Assembly: GCA_028826165.1 (NCBI GenBank)
Contig: JAPDFW010000059.1
Span: forward strand, 1,302,001-1,366,000
Direction of reading: 5' to 3'
DNA: 64,000 bases
Source of the DNA: Anaeramoeba ignava BMAN
Taxonomy: Eukaryota > Protista > Anaeramoebae
Shown: positions 1 to 11,548 of the stretch, piece after piece
Position numbering within the stretch: the first letter of the stretch is position 1
Layout of the letters: each line of letters opens with the position of its first letter
Notes under the pieces: generated by a model
Seen by the model: only the letters and a program-made list of their open reading frames with translations
What the model was told of the DNA's origin: nothing
Databases searched by the model: none
Position numbers and translations under genes: made by a program

Positions 1-810
1 GAATTTTTAATTTTAATTTTAATTTTGATTTTGATTTTGAATTTGATTTGAATTTGATTTTGAATTTGATTTTGATTTTCAATTTGAATTTGAATTTAAT
101 TTGATTTGAATTTTAATTTTGATTTTGATTTTGAATTTGATTTTGATTTTGATTTTGATTTTGATTTTAATTTAAATTTGATTTTGATTTTGATTTTAAT
201 TTTAATTTGAATTTTAATTTTAATTTTAATTTAATTTTGAATTTGAATTTGATTTTAAATTTGATTTTAATTTGATTTTGATTTTGATTTTTAATTTTAA
301 TTTTGATTTTGAATTTAATTTTGATTTTGATTTTGATTTTAATTTTAATTTTAATTTGAATTTAATTTTGATTTTGATTTTGATTTTGATTTTTAATTTT
401 GATTTTGAATTTGATTTTAATTTTAATTTTAATTTTGATTTTGAATTTAATTTTTAATTTGATTTTGATTTTGATTTTAATTTTAATTTTGAATTTGAAT
501 TTGATTTTGATTTTAATTTTGATTTTGATTTTGATTTTAATTTTGAATTTGAATTTGAATTTTGATTTTAATTTTGATTTTGATTTTAATTTTGATTTTT
601 AATTTTGATTTTAATTTTTAATTTGATTTTGAATTATTTTGAATTTAATTTGATTTTGAATTTGAATTTAATTTTAATTTGATTTTGATTTTAAATTTGA
701 ATTGATTTTGATTTGAATTTGATTTGAATTTTGATTTTTAATTTTTAATTTTGAATTTGAATTTTGAATTTGAATTTGAATTTGAATTTTGATTTTGATT
801 TTGATTTTGA
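1..810. repeat. Degenerate hexamer microsatellite (TTTTGA/TTTTAA/TTTGAA)n, inside an intron of the minus-strand CS-SEL1 gene
   Basis: Directly visible 6-bp periodicity. The minus-strand donor GTTTGA at 836 opens this intron. Confidence 0.9.
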
Positions 811-836
811 ATGGAAATTAAAATTAATCATCAAAC

Positions 837-1778
837 CTCCTTGAAAATATAAATTTCCTAAATAAACTCCTGCAATTTGACTACCATTTTCTAAAGCCTT
901 TTTATAATATTTTTCTGCTTTAATAAAATTTTGTTGACATCCTTGACCAGAACAATAAAGATTTCCAACCTTAAATATTAATGAAAAGAAAAATATTTTT
1001 TTTGTTCAATAAATAAATAAATGAACAAATATAATAATTAAAATAATTGAATAAATAAACACCATAAATAATGCAGTTGAACTATTTTGTTTTGCAGCTT
1101 TTTTAAACAAAGAAAAACCCATTTCATAATTAGGTGTAATTGGATAATTTGAATCATTAATAATATAAAGAGCTGCCAATTTATATAAACTAATTAAATG
1201 ACTTTTTTTGGCACTACTTGATAAATATTGAAGAGCTTTTGAATAATCTTTTTGATCTTCATAAAAAATTGAGAGAATAAATCTTTAAAGATATTAATTT
1301 AAATATTTGATTTAAATATCGATTTAAATATTTGATTTAAATATTTGATTTAAATATTTGATTTAAATATTTGATTTAAATATTTGATTTAAATATATTT
1401 AAATTTAATTTAAATTATTAATTTAAATATTTGATTTAAATATTTGATTTAAATATTAATTTAATTATTAATTATTTACTCTGAATTTGAATCTATTTTT
1501 CCTTGATAATCATTTTTAATAATAAGCATCCATTCTGTTGATTCTTTTTTTTTTAAAGTGATTATAACTAAATATCCTTTCTCATTAAAATCCCATTTCG
1601 AATTTTCTTCATCAATTCCATAAATTAATTCTCCACAAAGTATTGGTTCTTTTTCTTTTATTCCAGCTTGAATCCAATTAGAATGTATTTGAATATCAAG
1701 ATCACTTTTTTTTATTCCTTCAGGAATTTCAAAATTTATTAAAATTTCTTGTTCTGTTTGTGAAAATGAATAACTCAT
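837..1778 (-). CDS. CS (NudC/p23-like) domain + SEL1-like repeat protein, 5' part; exons 1778-1480, 1282-1063, 969-837; continues off the left edge
   Basis: Exon 1 (YSFSQTEQEILINFEIP...SKW...ITLKKKESTEW) is CS-like. Manual splicing at GT-AG sites gives in-frame SEL1-type repeats (ALFM-VGNLYCSGQGCQQNFIKAEKYYKKALENG; LGNLYFQG). Confidence 0.8.
1295..1460. repeat. 13-bp tandem repeat (ATTTAAATATTTG)n filling intron 1 of the CS-SEL1 gene
   Basis: Visible tandem copies between acceptor (1283) and donor (1479). Confidence 0.85.
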
Positions 1779-1842
1779 TTAAAATGAAAATGAAAAAAAT
1801 GAAAAAAAAAAAATTGAAAAATCATTTTTTTTCTTTTCAAAA
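1779..1842. promoter_or_regulatory. 64-bp divergent intergenic region with TCATTTT initiator-like motifs on both strands
   Basis: ATCATTTTTTTTCTTTTCAAAA-ATG on the plus strand and TCATTTTCATTTTAA-ATG on the minus strand. The same motif precedes most genes in the window. Confidence 0.6.
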
Positions 1843-3608
1843 ATGAATGATTGTTTATTTTTTGGTGAAAATGAAACACCAATTCTTATCAAAAATGAAT
1901 CAAATAAAATAACAAAACCAATTCAATTTAAATTTGAAAATGAAAACGAAAATGAAAATGAAAAACAAATTAAACAAATTTCATCAAATTTATTTTCAAC
2001 AATTTTTCTTTTTGAAAATGGAAAAGTAATAGAATACTTAAATGAAAATAATTCAAATCAAAAAATCCAAATTGAAGAAAATATTCAAAAAGTAACTGTT
2101 AGTTGGAGAAATGAAACTATTTTAACAAAAGAAGGAAATGTAATTGCCAAAGGAAAAGATATTAATCCAAATAATTCAAATGAATTTATCAATATTTCAT
2201 CATTAATTGAAGATAAAAATGATAGAATAATTCAAGATATTGTTACTGGTGATAGTTCAATTTACTTATTAACTTCAAATCAAAATGCTTATGGAATTGG
2301 TTCAAATGATTATAGTCAACTTGGTTTAGATCCTGAAACACTTGAAAAACAGAAAAACCAATTTTAATGATGAAAAATGTTTCTAAAATATTTTCAGGAA
2401 ATTCTTCTCAATTTGTTTTTCTTTTAAATTCAAATCAAGAATTATTTGGATCTGGCTATAACTATTCAAGTCAACTTGGATTAGGAGAATCAAGAAAAGA
2501 AGAAAAAATCCAAAAATTAACCAAAATCCAAAATATTCCAAAAGGCAAAATAATTGATATTCAATGTGGATATACCCATTCAGTAATGCTTATTGAAGAA
2601 GAAAATGAAAATCAAAAATCAAAAAGAAAACTTTATTCATGTGGAGATTTTTCATATAATGGACTTGGCAAAGAAGACGAAAATACTTATGAATTTACTG
2701 AAATCAAATCATCTTTATTTGAAGAAAATGATGATAATATTCTTGATTTTTCTGTTGGAGATGCTCATACTTTGATTTTAACTTCTAATTCAAAACTAAT
2801 AGGATTTGGAGATAATGATTATGGCCAATTAGGAACTGGAGATACAAATGATCAATCAATTCCAATTCAAATTGAACTTCCTAAATTAAGATTTAATGAA
2901 GAAATTTCTAATTATCATATTTATTGTGGATATTTCAATTCATTTCTTTATTATTCTTCTCCTTCTTTTTCCAATCTTGAAGAAGATTTGATAAAATTAT
3001 TTGAAAGAAAAGAATTTTGTGATATTTCATTTAAAACAGAAAATGGAGAAATAATTGAAGCTCATAAATTAATATTGAAATATAGATTAAATCAAAATGA
3101 AATTGAAAAACTTAAAGAAATTATTTCAAAAAAATCAATTAAAGAATCAAATCAAATATTTGAAATGATTTATTCAAACAGAATAATAAATCCAAAATTA
3201 TATTCTGAAATTAAAGAAATTATAAATTCTAATGAAAAAATAGAAGAAACAATGAAAAGAATTTATTTAAATGAAAATGAAAATGAAAAAGATTTTATAA
3301 TTGAAAGAAAAGAAAAACAATATAAATTTCCTAAATTAATATTAATAATGAGAAGTGAATTATATAGAGGAATGTTTTTATCTGTAACTGAAGATAAATC
3401 TAATAAAGTTACAGATTATAGTGAATTAAGTAATAAATCATTTCAAATATTAGAATATTGGATTTATTCAAATAAAATCAAAGATGATATTCAAATTACA
3501 CAAGAAATAATTAATGAACTTGAAACAGGAATTGATTATTTTCAATTAAATCAAACAAATCCAAATTTAATTGATTTATTAATTAAAAAATTTAATAATC
3601 AAAATTAA
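1843..3608 (+). CDS. RCC1-repeat (beta-propeller) + tandem BTB protein, paralogue 1; one frameshift near 2350
   Basis: RCC1 motifs (GSNDYSQLG, GDNDYGQLG, CGYTHS) and BTB motifs (FCDISF..EAHKLIL; RSELYRGMF). One A is missing in an A-run versus paralogue 2, splitting ORFs 1843-2367 and 2367-3608. Confidence 0.85.
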
Positions 3609-3696
3609 AATCAAAATTAAAATTAAAATTAAAAATTAAAATCAAAATTAAAATTAAAATTTCAAAAATATTTTTTTCATTTTTTTCTTTTCAAAA

Positions 3697-5466
3697 ATGA
3701 ATGATTGTTTATTTTTTGGTTTGAATTATTATCCAAAACTTATCAAAAATGAACCAGATAAAATAACAAAACCAATTCAATTTAAATTTGAAAATGAAAA
3801 TGAAAATGAAAATGAAAATGAAAAACAAATTAAACAAATTGCATCAGGTTATTTTGCAACAATTTTTCTTTTTAAAAATGGAAAAGCAATAGAATATTTA
3901 ATTGAAAATGATTCAAATCAAAAAATCCAAATTGAAGAAAATATTCAAAAAGTAACTGCTGATTATCTAAATGAAGCTATTTTAACAATAGAAGGAAATG
4001 TAATTGCCAGAGGAGAAGATATTAATTCAGAAAATTCAAAAGAATTTATCAATATTTCATCATTAATTGAAGATACAAATGATAGAATAATTCAAGATGT
4101 TGTTTCTGGATACAAATCACTTTACTTATTAACTTCAAATCAAAATGCTTATGGAATTGGTTCAAATGAATATGGTCAACTTGGTTTAGATCCTGAAACA
4201 CTTCAAAAAACAGAAAAACCAATTTTAATAATGAAAAATGTTTCTAAAATATTTTCAGGAAATACTTCAGATTCTGTCTTTCTTTTAAATTCAAATCAAG
4301 AATTATTTGGATGTGGCGATAATCAATATGGTCAACTTGGATTAAGAGAATCAAGAAAAGAAGAAAAAGTTCCTAAATTAACCAAAATCCAAAATATTCC
4401 AAAAGGCAAAATAATTGATATTCAATGTGGAGGATTTCATTCAATAATGTTGATTGAAAATGAAAATCAAAATGAAAACCCAAAAAGAAAACTTTATTCA
4501 TGTGGGAGATATCTTTATAATGGACTTGGCAAATTTAGAGATACTTATGAATTTACTGAAATCAAATCATCTTTATTTGAAGAAAATGATGATAATATTC
4601 TTGATTTTTCTGTTGGAAATGATCATAATTTGATTTTAACTTCAAAAGCAAAATTAATAGGATTTGGAAATAATGAATATGGCCAATTAGGAACTGAAGA
4701 TACAAATAATCAATCAATTCCAATTCAAATTGAACTTCCTAAATTAAGATTTAATGAAGAAATTTTCAATTATCATATTCTTTGCAAAAATGAAAGATCA
4801 TTTCTTTATTATTCTCCTTTTCCTTTTTCCAATCTTGAAGAAGATTTGATAAAATTATTTGAAAGAAAAGAATTTTGTAATATTTCATTTAAAACCGAAA
4901 ATGGAGAAATAATCAAAGCTCATAAATTAATATTGAAATATAGATTAAATCAAAATCAAAATGAAATTGAAAAACTTAAAGAAATAATTTCAAAAAAATC
5001 AATTAAAGAATCAAATCAAATATTTGAAATGATTTATTCAAACAGAATTATAAATCCAAAATTATATTCAGAAATTAAAGAAATTATAAATTCTAATGAA
5101 AAAATTGAAGAAACAATGAAAAGAATTTATTTAAATGAAAATGAAAAAGATTTTATAATTGAAAGAAAAGAAAAACAATATAAATTTCCCAAATTAATAT
5201 TAATAATGAGAAGTGAATTATATCGAGGAATGTTTTTATCTGTAATAAATGATAAATCTAATAAAGTTACAGATTATAGTGAATTAAGTAATAAATCATT
5301 TCAAATATTAGAATATTGGATTTATTCAAATCAAATCAAAGAAGAAATTCAAATTACACAAGAAATAATTAATGAAATTCAAATTGGAATTGATTATTTT
5401 CAATTAAATCAAACAAATCCAAATTTATTTGATTTATTAATTAACAAATTTAATAATCAAAATTAA
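3697..5466 (+). CDS. RCC1-BTB-BTB protein, paralogue 2 (intact, 589 aa)
   Basis: Uninterrupted ORF with RCC1 and BTB motifs. Confidence 0.9.
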   Translation: MNDCLFFGLNYYPKLIKNEPDKITKPIQFKFENENENENENEKQIKQIASGYFATIFLFKNGKAIEYLIENDSNQKIQIEENIQKVTADYLNEAILTIEGNVIARGEDINSENSKEFINISSLIEDTNDRIIQDVVSGYKSLYLLTSNQNAYGIGSNEYGQLGLDPETLQKTEKPILIMKNVSKIFSGNTSDSVFLLNSNQELFGCGDNQYGQLGLRESRKEEKVPKLTKIQNIPKGKIIDIQCGGFHSIMLIENENQNENPKRKLYSCGRYLYNGLGKFRDTYEFTEIKSSLFEENDDNILDFSVGNDHNLILTSKAKLIGFGNNEYGQLGTEDTNNQSIPIQIELPKLRFNEEIFNYHILCKNERSFLYYSPFPFSNLEEDLIKLFERKEFCNISFKTENGEIIKAHKLILKYRLNQNQNEIEKLKEIISKKSIKESNQIFEMIYSNRIINPKLYSEIKEIINSNEKIEETMKRIYLNENEKDFIIERKEKQYKFPKLILIMRSELYRGMFLSVINDKSNKVTDYSELSNKSFQILEYWIYSNQIKEEIQITQEIINEIQIGIDYFQLNQTNPNLFDLLINKFNNQN

Positions 5467-5553
5467 AATCAAAATTAAAATTAAAATTAAAATTAAAATC
5501 AAAATTAAAATTAAAATTTCAAAAATATTTTTTTCATTTTTTTCTTTTCAAAA

Positions 5554-7328
5554 ATGAATGAAATTTTATTTTTTGGTCAAAATCAATTACCAAAACTTAT
5601 CAAAAATGAACCAGATAAAATAAAAAAACCAATTCAATTTAAATTTGAAAATGAAAATGAAAATGAAAATGAAAATGAAAAACAAATTAAACAAATTTCA
5701 ACAGCAAGTTATTCAATAATTTTCCTTTTTAAAAATGGAAAAGCAATAGAATACTTAAATGAAAATAATTCAAATCAAAAAATCCAAATTGAAAATATTC
5801 AAAAAGTAGCTGCTGGTTATCTAAATATTGTTGTTTTAACAAAAGAAGGAAATGTATTTGCCAGAGGAGAAGATATTAATCCAGAAAATTCAAAAGAATT
5901 TATCAATATTTCATCATTAATTGAAGATAAAAATGATAGAATAATTCAAGATATTGTTTCTGGATACAAATCACTTTACTTATTAACTTCAAATCAAAAT
6001 GCTTATGGAATTGGTTCAAATGAATATGGTCAACTTGGTTTAGATCCTGAAACACTTCAAAAAACAGAAAAACCAATTTTAATAATGAAAAATGTTTCTA
6101 AAATATTTTCAGGAAATACTTCAGATTCTGTCTTTCTTTTAAATTCAAATCAAGAATTATTTGGATGTGGCGATAATCAATATGGTCAACTTGGATTAGG
6201 AGAATCAAGAAAAGAAGAAAAAATCCAAAAATTAACCAAAATCCAAAATATTCCAAAAGGCAAAATAATTGATATTCAATGTGGAGGATTTCATTCAATA
6301 ATGTTGATTGAAAATGAAAATGAAAATGAAAATCCAAAAAGAAAACTTTATTCATGTGGAGATTGGGAATATAATGGACTTGGCAGATTTAGATATACTT
6401 ATGAATTTACTGAAATAAAATTATCTTTATTTGAAAATGATGATATTATTCTTGATTTTTCTGTTGGAAATGATCATACTTTGATTTTAACTTCAAAAGC
6501 AAAATTAATAGGATTTGGAGATAATTTTTATGGTCAATTAGGAACTGAAGATGCAAATAATCAATTAATTCCAATTCAAATTGAACTTCCTAAATTAAGA
6601 TTTAATGAAGAAATTTTCAATTATCATATTCTTTGCAAAAATGAAAGATCATTTCTTTATTATTCTCCTCCTCCTTTTCCAATCTTGAAGAAGATTTGAT
6701 AAAATTATTTGAAAGAAAAGAATTTTGTGATATTTCATTTAAAACCGAAAATGGAGAAATAATCAAAGCTCATAAATTAATATTGGAATATAGATTAAAT
6801 CAAAATGAAATTGAAAAACTTAAAGAAATTATTTCAAAAAAATCAATTAAAGAATCAAATCAAATATTTGAAATGATTTATTCAAACAGAATAATAAATC
6901 CAAAATTATATTCTGAAATTAAAGAAATTATAAATTCTAATGAAAAAATTGAAGAAATAATGAAAAGAATTTATTTAAATGAAAATGAAAAAGATTTTAT
7001 AATTGAAAGAAAAGAAAAACAATATAAATTTCCCAAATTAATATTAATAATGAGAAGTGAATTATATCGAGGAATGTTTTTATCTGTAACTGAAGATAAA
7101 TCTAATAAAGTTACAGATTATAGTGAATTAAGTAATAAATCATTTCAAATATTTGAATATTGGATTTATTCAAATCAAATTAAAGATGAAATTCAAATTA
7201 CAAAAGAAATAATTAATGAAATTCAAATTGGAATTGATTATTTTCAATTAAATCAAACAAATCCAAATTTATTTGATTTATTAATTAAAAATTTAATAAT
7301 CAAATTTAATAATCAAAATTCAAATTAA
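5554..7328 (+). CDS. RCC1-BTB-BTB protein, paralogue 3; one frameshift near 6678
   Basis: ORFs 5554-6699 and 6696-7328 join if one T is restored in CCTTTT(T)CCAAT, as in the paralogues. Confidence 0.85.
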
Positions 7329-7444
7329 AATTTAAAAGAAACCTTTTTAATAAATGACGTTTTTAATACGTTTTATTTAATTGTTTTGTTTTTCATTTTT
7401 CCAAAATTTTTCATTTTTCAATTTGTTAAAAAAAAAGAAAATTG

Positions 7445-9484
7445 ATGAAAGACGTTTCTTTAATTATTTTTTTAATTTCAATTTTTTTGATTTTTAATGT
7501 TAAATCACAAATATCAGTTAAAAATACATATAATTTCCCAGTTGAAATGGAAAATATATATGTAACTTTAATTGATTCAGAATTAGGAATAGCATATTTT
7601 GCAGATCAAGACTCAAGCCGAACATCACATCTTTGCAAAATTAGGATTTCCAATTTCAAGTTCATTTCTTGTCTTGATTTAGGAGTATATAATGTTTATT
7701 GTGGAACAATCGACACTGAGAATAAATTAGCGTATTTTGGAAATCATCGAAATCAAGCAGAGATTATTAAGGTTGATTTGAGATCATTTCAAGTTGTTGA
7801 CACAATTACTTTAACTGGTGGAATATCCAATTTATTTTCAGCTCAAATTGATATTGTTAATCAAAAAGCATATTTCATTTCAGATTCAACTTCTCCAGAT
7901 GTTGTCAAAATTGATTTGGTCACGTTTTTACAAGAATCAACTCTGGAAATTTCAGACCAAAATCGATGGGGATCAGTAATTGATGTTCCAAAAGGATTTC
8001 TTTATATTTTCACTGATTATTTTGTTGATTCAAATCCAACAATTGAGAAAATTGCATTGTCAACATTCACAAAAGTGGATTCACTTACTTTGAATTCTTC
8101 AGAAAGACACCCCTTTACGGGTGTTATTGATTCCTCCAAAGGATTCATGTATGTTGGCACCAAAACAAGCCCTATTCAGATTGTCAAAGTGAATCTGAAT
8201 GATTTCTCAAGAGTTGGATCAATTACTTCTCCAGAAACACAATATTATGCTTATGCAAGTGGAATTGATGAGGAGAACCAATTGGCGTATTTTATTGCCT
8301 ATTCAGGATATATTATTAGAATCAATTTGCGCGATTTTTCCATTGTGGATTCTTTAGAGCTTGGAGTGAGCTATTTTCCATTGTCTTTATCGCTTGATTT
8401 GGAACGAAATGTATCTTTCATTGGAGCTGAAGATGGCGGGATTTACAAATTGGATTTGACTTCGTTTAACCAGCAAATCTTCGGCGAAATTCCCTTCTTC
8501 GCTGATCTTGGAGTGATTGTAATTGATCCAAATACTCAAAATGCATATATTGGTTTCCAATCTGCCTTGATTGTCAAATTTGATTTGGATGCTTTTGAAA
8601 TGGTTGATTATATCCAAAATGATAATACAGACAATATGATTTGTTTTGGAGCAATTGACAAAAAAGGCCAATTTGGCTATTTCTTTACGCAATTAGGATT
8701 GGATGTTTACAAAATCGATTTATCAAATTTTTCAGTTGATTTCTTTAAGGAATTTTTTGGATCAGATTACATCAATGAGGAAACTGAAGCTGTTGTATTT
8801 GATAAAGAAAACTCCATTTTTTATGTTGGTTTCAATTACTTTGAAAACAGAACAATTTACAAAATTTCTGTTCCCGATTTGGAAATTGTTGGAAGTCTGA
8901 ATATTGGAATGGATTCAATTCCCGCTTTACTTTTGGATTCTTCAAAAGGTTTTCTTTATGCAGATTTGGGGTTTTATGGGACTTCGTTGTTGAAAATACA
9001 ATTATCCAATTTTGAACCAGTTTTTAGTATTAATTTAACTGATTATGGTCGTCTGAATTCAATCATAATTGATTCAACTCATGAATTCATTTTTTTTGGA
9101 AATGAAATGTGCGATGATTTGGATGAAACTTCAAAATCAAAATTGAGTTCTTGTGGAATTGAGATTTGTCGCATTTCTTTATTGAATGGAGATCAAATCG
9201 AATGTGACACAACTAATTTGCAAAATGGAATTCAAGCCTCTTTTCTTGATACATCTGATACTTATGCATTTTTTTTCTCTGATTTCGAATCAAAGGATTT
9301 GCAAATATCAACAAATGTTACTCAAATTGATACAATTTCAAATGAAATTCTTTATAATTTTTCTTTCGATAATTTTGCTTACATTTCCATTTCAGCTGTG
9401 GATCCAATAACAGGAAATGCTTATATTGCTCCATATGGTTATCCAGTTTCTTTAATTCAACTTTTACTTCCAAAAATGAAATGA
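7445..9484 (+). CDS. Secreted/surface protein with signal peptide and about 14 repeats of ~44 aa, probable beta-propeller blades
   Basis: Hydrophobic N-terminus (MKDVSLIIFLISIFLIFNVKS). Repeated ID...g.aYf.....IvKidLs.F...dsl.L pattern. Intronless. ATG at 7445. Confidence 0.7.
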   Translation: MKDVSLIIFLISIFLIFNVKSQISVKNTYNFPVEMENIYVTLIDSELGIAYFADQDSSRTSHLCKIRISNFKFISCLDLGVYNVYCGTIDTENKLAYFGNHRNQAEIIKVDLRSFQVVDTITLTGGISNLFSAQIDIVNQKAYFISDSTSPDVVKIDLVTFLQESTLEISDQNRWGSVIDVPKGFLYIFTDYFVDSNPTIEKIALSTFTKVDSLTLNSSERHPFTGVIDSSKGFMYVGTKTSPIQIVKVNLNDFSRVGSITSPETQYYAYASGIDEENQLAYFIAYSGYIIRINLRDFSIVDSLELGVSYFPLSLSLDLERNVSFIGAEDGGIYKLDLTSFNQQIFGEIPFFADLGVIVIDPNTQNAYIGFQSALIVKFDLDAFEMVDYIQNDNTDNMICFGAIDKKGQFGYFFTQLGLDVYKIDLSNFSVDFFKEFFGSDYINEETEAVVFDKENSIFYVGFNYFENRTIYKISVPDLEIVGSLNIGMDSIPALLLDSSKGFLYADLGFYGTSLLKIQLSNFEPVFSINLTDYGRLNSIIIDSTHEFIFFGNEMCDDLDETSKSKLSSCGIEICRISLLNGDQIECDTTNLQNGIQASFLDTSDTYAFFFSDFESKDLQISTNVTQIDTISNEILYNFSFDNFAYISISAVDPITGNAYIAPYGYPVSLIQLLLPKMK

Positions 9485-9553
9485 AATTTGGAATTAAATC
9501 AATTTTTTCTTTAATTTTTTGAAATGAAAAAAAAAATAAAGAAAAAAATCTAA

Positions 9554-11335
9554 TTAAAAATTCTTATTCTTATTCTTTTTCTTTTTCTTTTTCTTTTTTT
9601 GATTATTAAATTTGTTAATTAATAAATCAAATAAATTTGGATTTGTTTGATTTAATTGAAAATAATCAATTCCAATTTGAATTTCATTAATTATTTCTTG
9701 TGTAATTTGAATTTCTTCTTTAATTTGATTTGAATAAATCCAATATTCTAATATTTGAAATGATTTATTACTTAATTCACTATAATCTGTAACTTTATTA
9801 GATTTATCTTCAGTAACAGATAAAAACATTCCTCGATATAATTCACTTCTCATTATTAATATTAATTTGGGAAATTTATATTGTTTTTCTTTTCTTTCAA
9901 TTATAAAATCTTTTTCATTTTCATTTTCATTTAAATAAATTCTTTTCATTGTTTCTTCTATTTTTTCATTTGAATTTATAATTTCTTTAATTTCAGAATA
10001 TAATTTTGGATTTATAATTCTGTTTGAATAAATCATTTCAAATATTTGATTTGATTCTTTAATTGATTTTTTTGAAATAATTTCTTTAAGTTTTTCAATT
10101 TCATTTTGATTTTGATTTAATCTATATTCCAATATTAATTTATGAGCTTTGATTATTTCTCCATTTTCTGTTTTAAATGAAATATCACAAAATTCTTTTC
10201 TTTCAAATAATTTTATCAAATCTTCTTCAAGATTGGAAAAAGGAGGAGGTAAATAATAAAGAAATGTATTGAAAGCACCACAAGAAAGATGATAATTAGA
10301 AATATTTTCATTAAATCTTAATTTAGGAAGTTCAATTTGAATAGGAATTGATTGATTGTTTGTATCTCCAATTCCTAATTGACCAAATTGATTATCTCCA
10401 AATACTATTAATTTTGAATTGGATGTTAAAATCAAATTATGATAACTTCCAACAGAAAAATCAAGAATATCATCATTTTCAAATAAAGATAATTTTATTT
10501 CAGTAAATTCATAAGTATCTTCATCTTTGCCAAGTCCATTATATCTAGATATTCCACATGAATAAAGTTTTCTTTTTGGATTTTCTTTTTCATTTTCAAT
10601 CAACATTATTGAATGAAATATTCCACATTTAATATCAATTATTTCACCTTTTGGAATATTTTGGATTTTGGTTAATTTTTGGATTTTTTCTTCTTTTCTT
10701 GATTCTCCTAATCCAAGTTGACCATAAAGATTATTTCCGCAACCAAATAATTTTTGGTTTGAATTTAAAAGAAAGAGAGATCTTGAATAATTTCCTGAAA
10801 ATATTTTAGAAACATTTTTCATCATTAAAATTGGTTTTTCAATTTTTTTGTGTTTTTCAGAATCTAAACCAAGTTGACCATAAAAATTTGAACCAATTCC
10901 ATAAACATTTTGATTTGAAGTTAATAAGTAAACTGAACTGTATCCGCAAACAATATCTTGAATTATTCTATCATTTTTATCTTCAATTAATGATGAAATA
11001 TTGATAAATTCATTTGGATTTCCCCAATTGATCTCGTATCCTTTTATAAATACATTTCCTTCTTTTGTTAAAACAACAATATTTAGATAACCAGCAGCTA
11101 CTTTTTGAATATTTTCAATTTGGATTTTTTGATTTGAATCATTTTCATTTAAATATTCTATTGCTTTTCCATTTTTAAAAAGGAAAATTATTGAATAACC
11201 TGCTGTTGAAATTTGTTTAATTTGTTTTTCATTTTCATTTTCAAATTTAAATTGAATTGGTTTTGTTATTTCTTCTGGTTCATTTTTGAAAAGCTTTGTG
11301 TCTTTATTTTCACCAAAAAATAAAATTTCATTCAT
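9554..11335 (-). CDS. RCC1-BTB-BTB protein, paralogue 4 (intact, 593 aa)
   Basis: Uninterrupted ORF, highly similar to paralogues 1-3. Confidence 0.9.
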   Translation of the reverse strand: MNEILFFGENKDTKLFKNEPEEITKPIQFKFENENEKQIKQISTAGYSIIFLFKNGKAIEYLNENDSNQKIQIENIQKVAAGYLNIVVLTKEGNVFIKGYEINWGNPNEFINISSLIEDKNDRIIQDIVCGYSSVYLLTSNQNVYGIGSNFYGQLGLDSEKHKKIEKPILMMKNVSKIFSGNYSRSLFLLNSNQKLFGCGNNLYGQLGLGESRKEEKIQKLTKIQNIPKGEIIDIKCGIFHSIMLIENEKENPKRKLYSCGISRYNGLGKDEDTYEFTEIKLSLFENDDILDFSVGSYHNLILTSNSKLIVFGDNQFGQLGIGDTNNQSIPIQIELPKLRFNENISNYHLSCGAFNTFLYYLPPPFSNLEEDLIKLFERKEFCDISFKTENGEIIKAHKLILEYRLNQNQNEIEKLKEIISKKSIKESNQIFEMIYSNRIINPKLYSEIKEIINSNEKIEETMKRIYLNENENEKDFIIERKEKQYKFPKLILIMRSELYRGMFLSVTEDKSNKVTDYSELSNKSFQILEYWIYSNQIKEEIQITQEIINEIQIGIDYFQLNQTNPNLFDLLINKFNNQKKKKKKKKNKNKNF

Positions 11336-11374
11336 TTTTGAAAAAGAAAAAAATGAAAAAAATGAATTTTGGGA

Positions 11375-11548
11375 ATTTTAATTTTAATTTTAAATTTAAT
11401 TTTTATTTTAATTTTAATTTTGATTTTAATTTTGATTTTAATTTTAATTTTAATTTTAATTTAAATTTTAAATTTAATTTTAATTTTAATTTTGATTTTA
11501 ATTTTAATTTTAATTTTAATTTTGAATTTTAATTTTAATTTTAATTTT
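11375..11548. repeat. Hexamer microsatellite (TTTTAA/TTTTGA)n downstream of paralogue 5
   Basis: Visible periodicity. Confidence 0.85.

Noticed and set aside
272-602. ORFs rich in ILIL/FNFD (similar ones at 11296-11532 and 35877-36071)
   Set aside because: Translations of hexamer microsatellites
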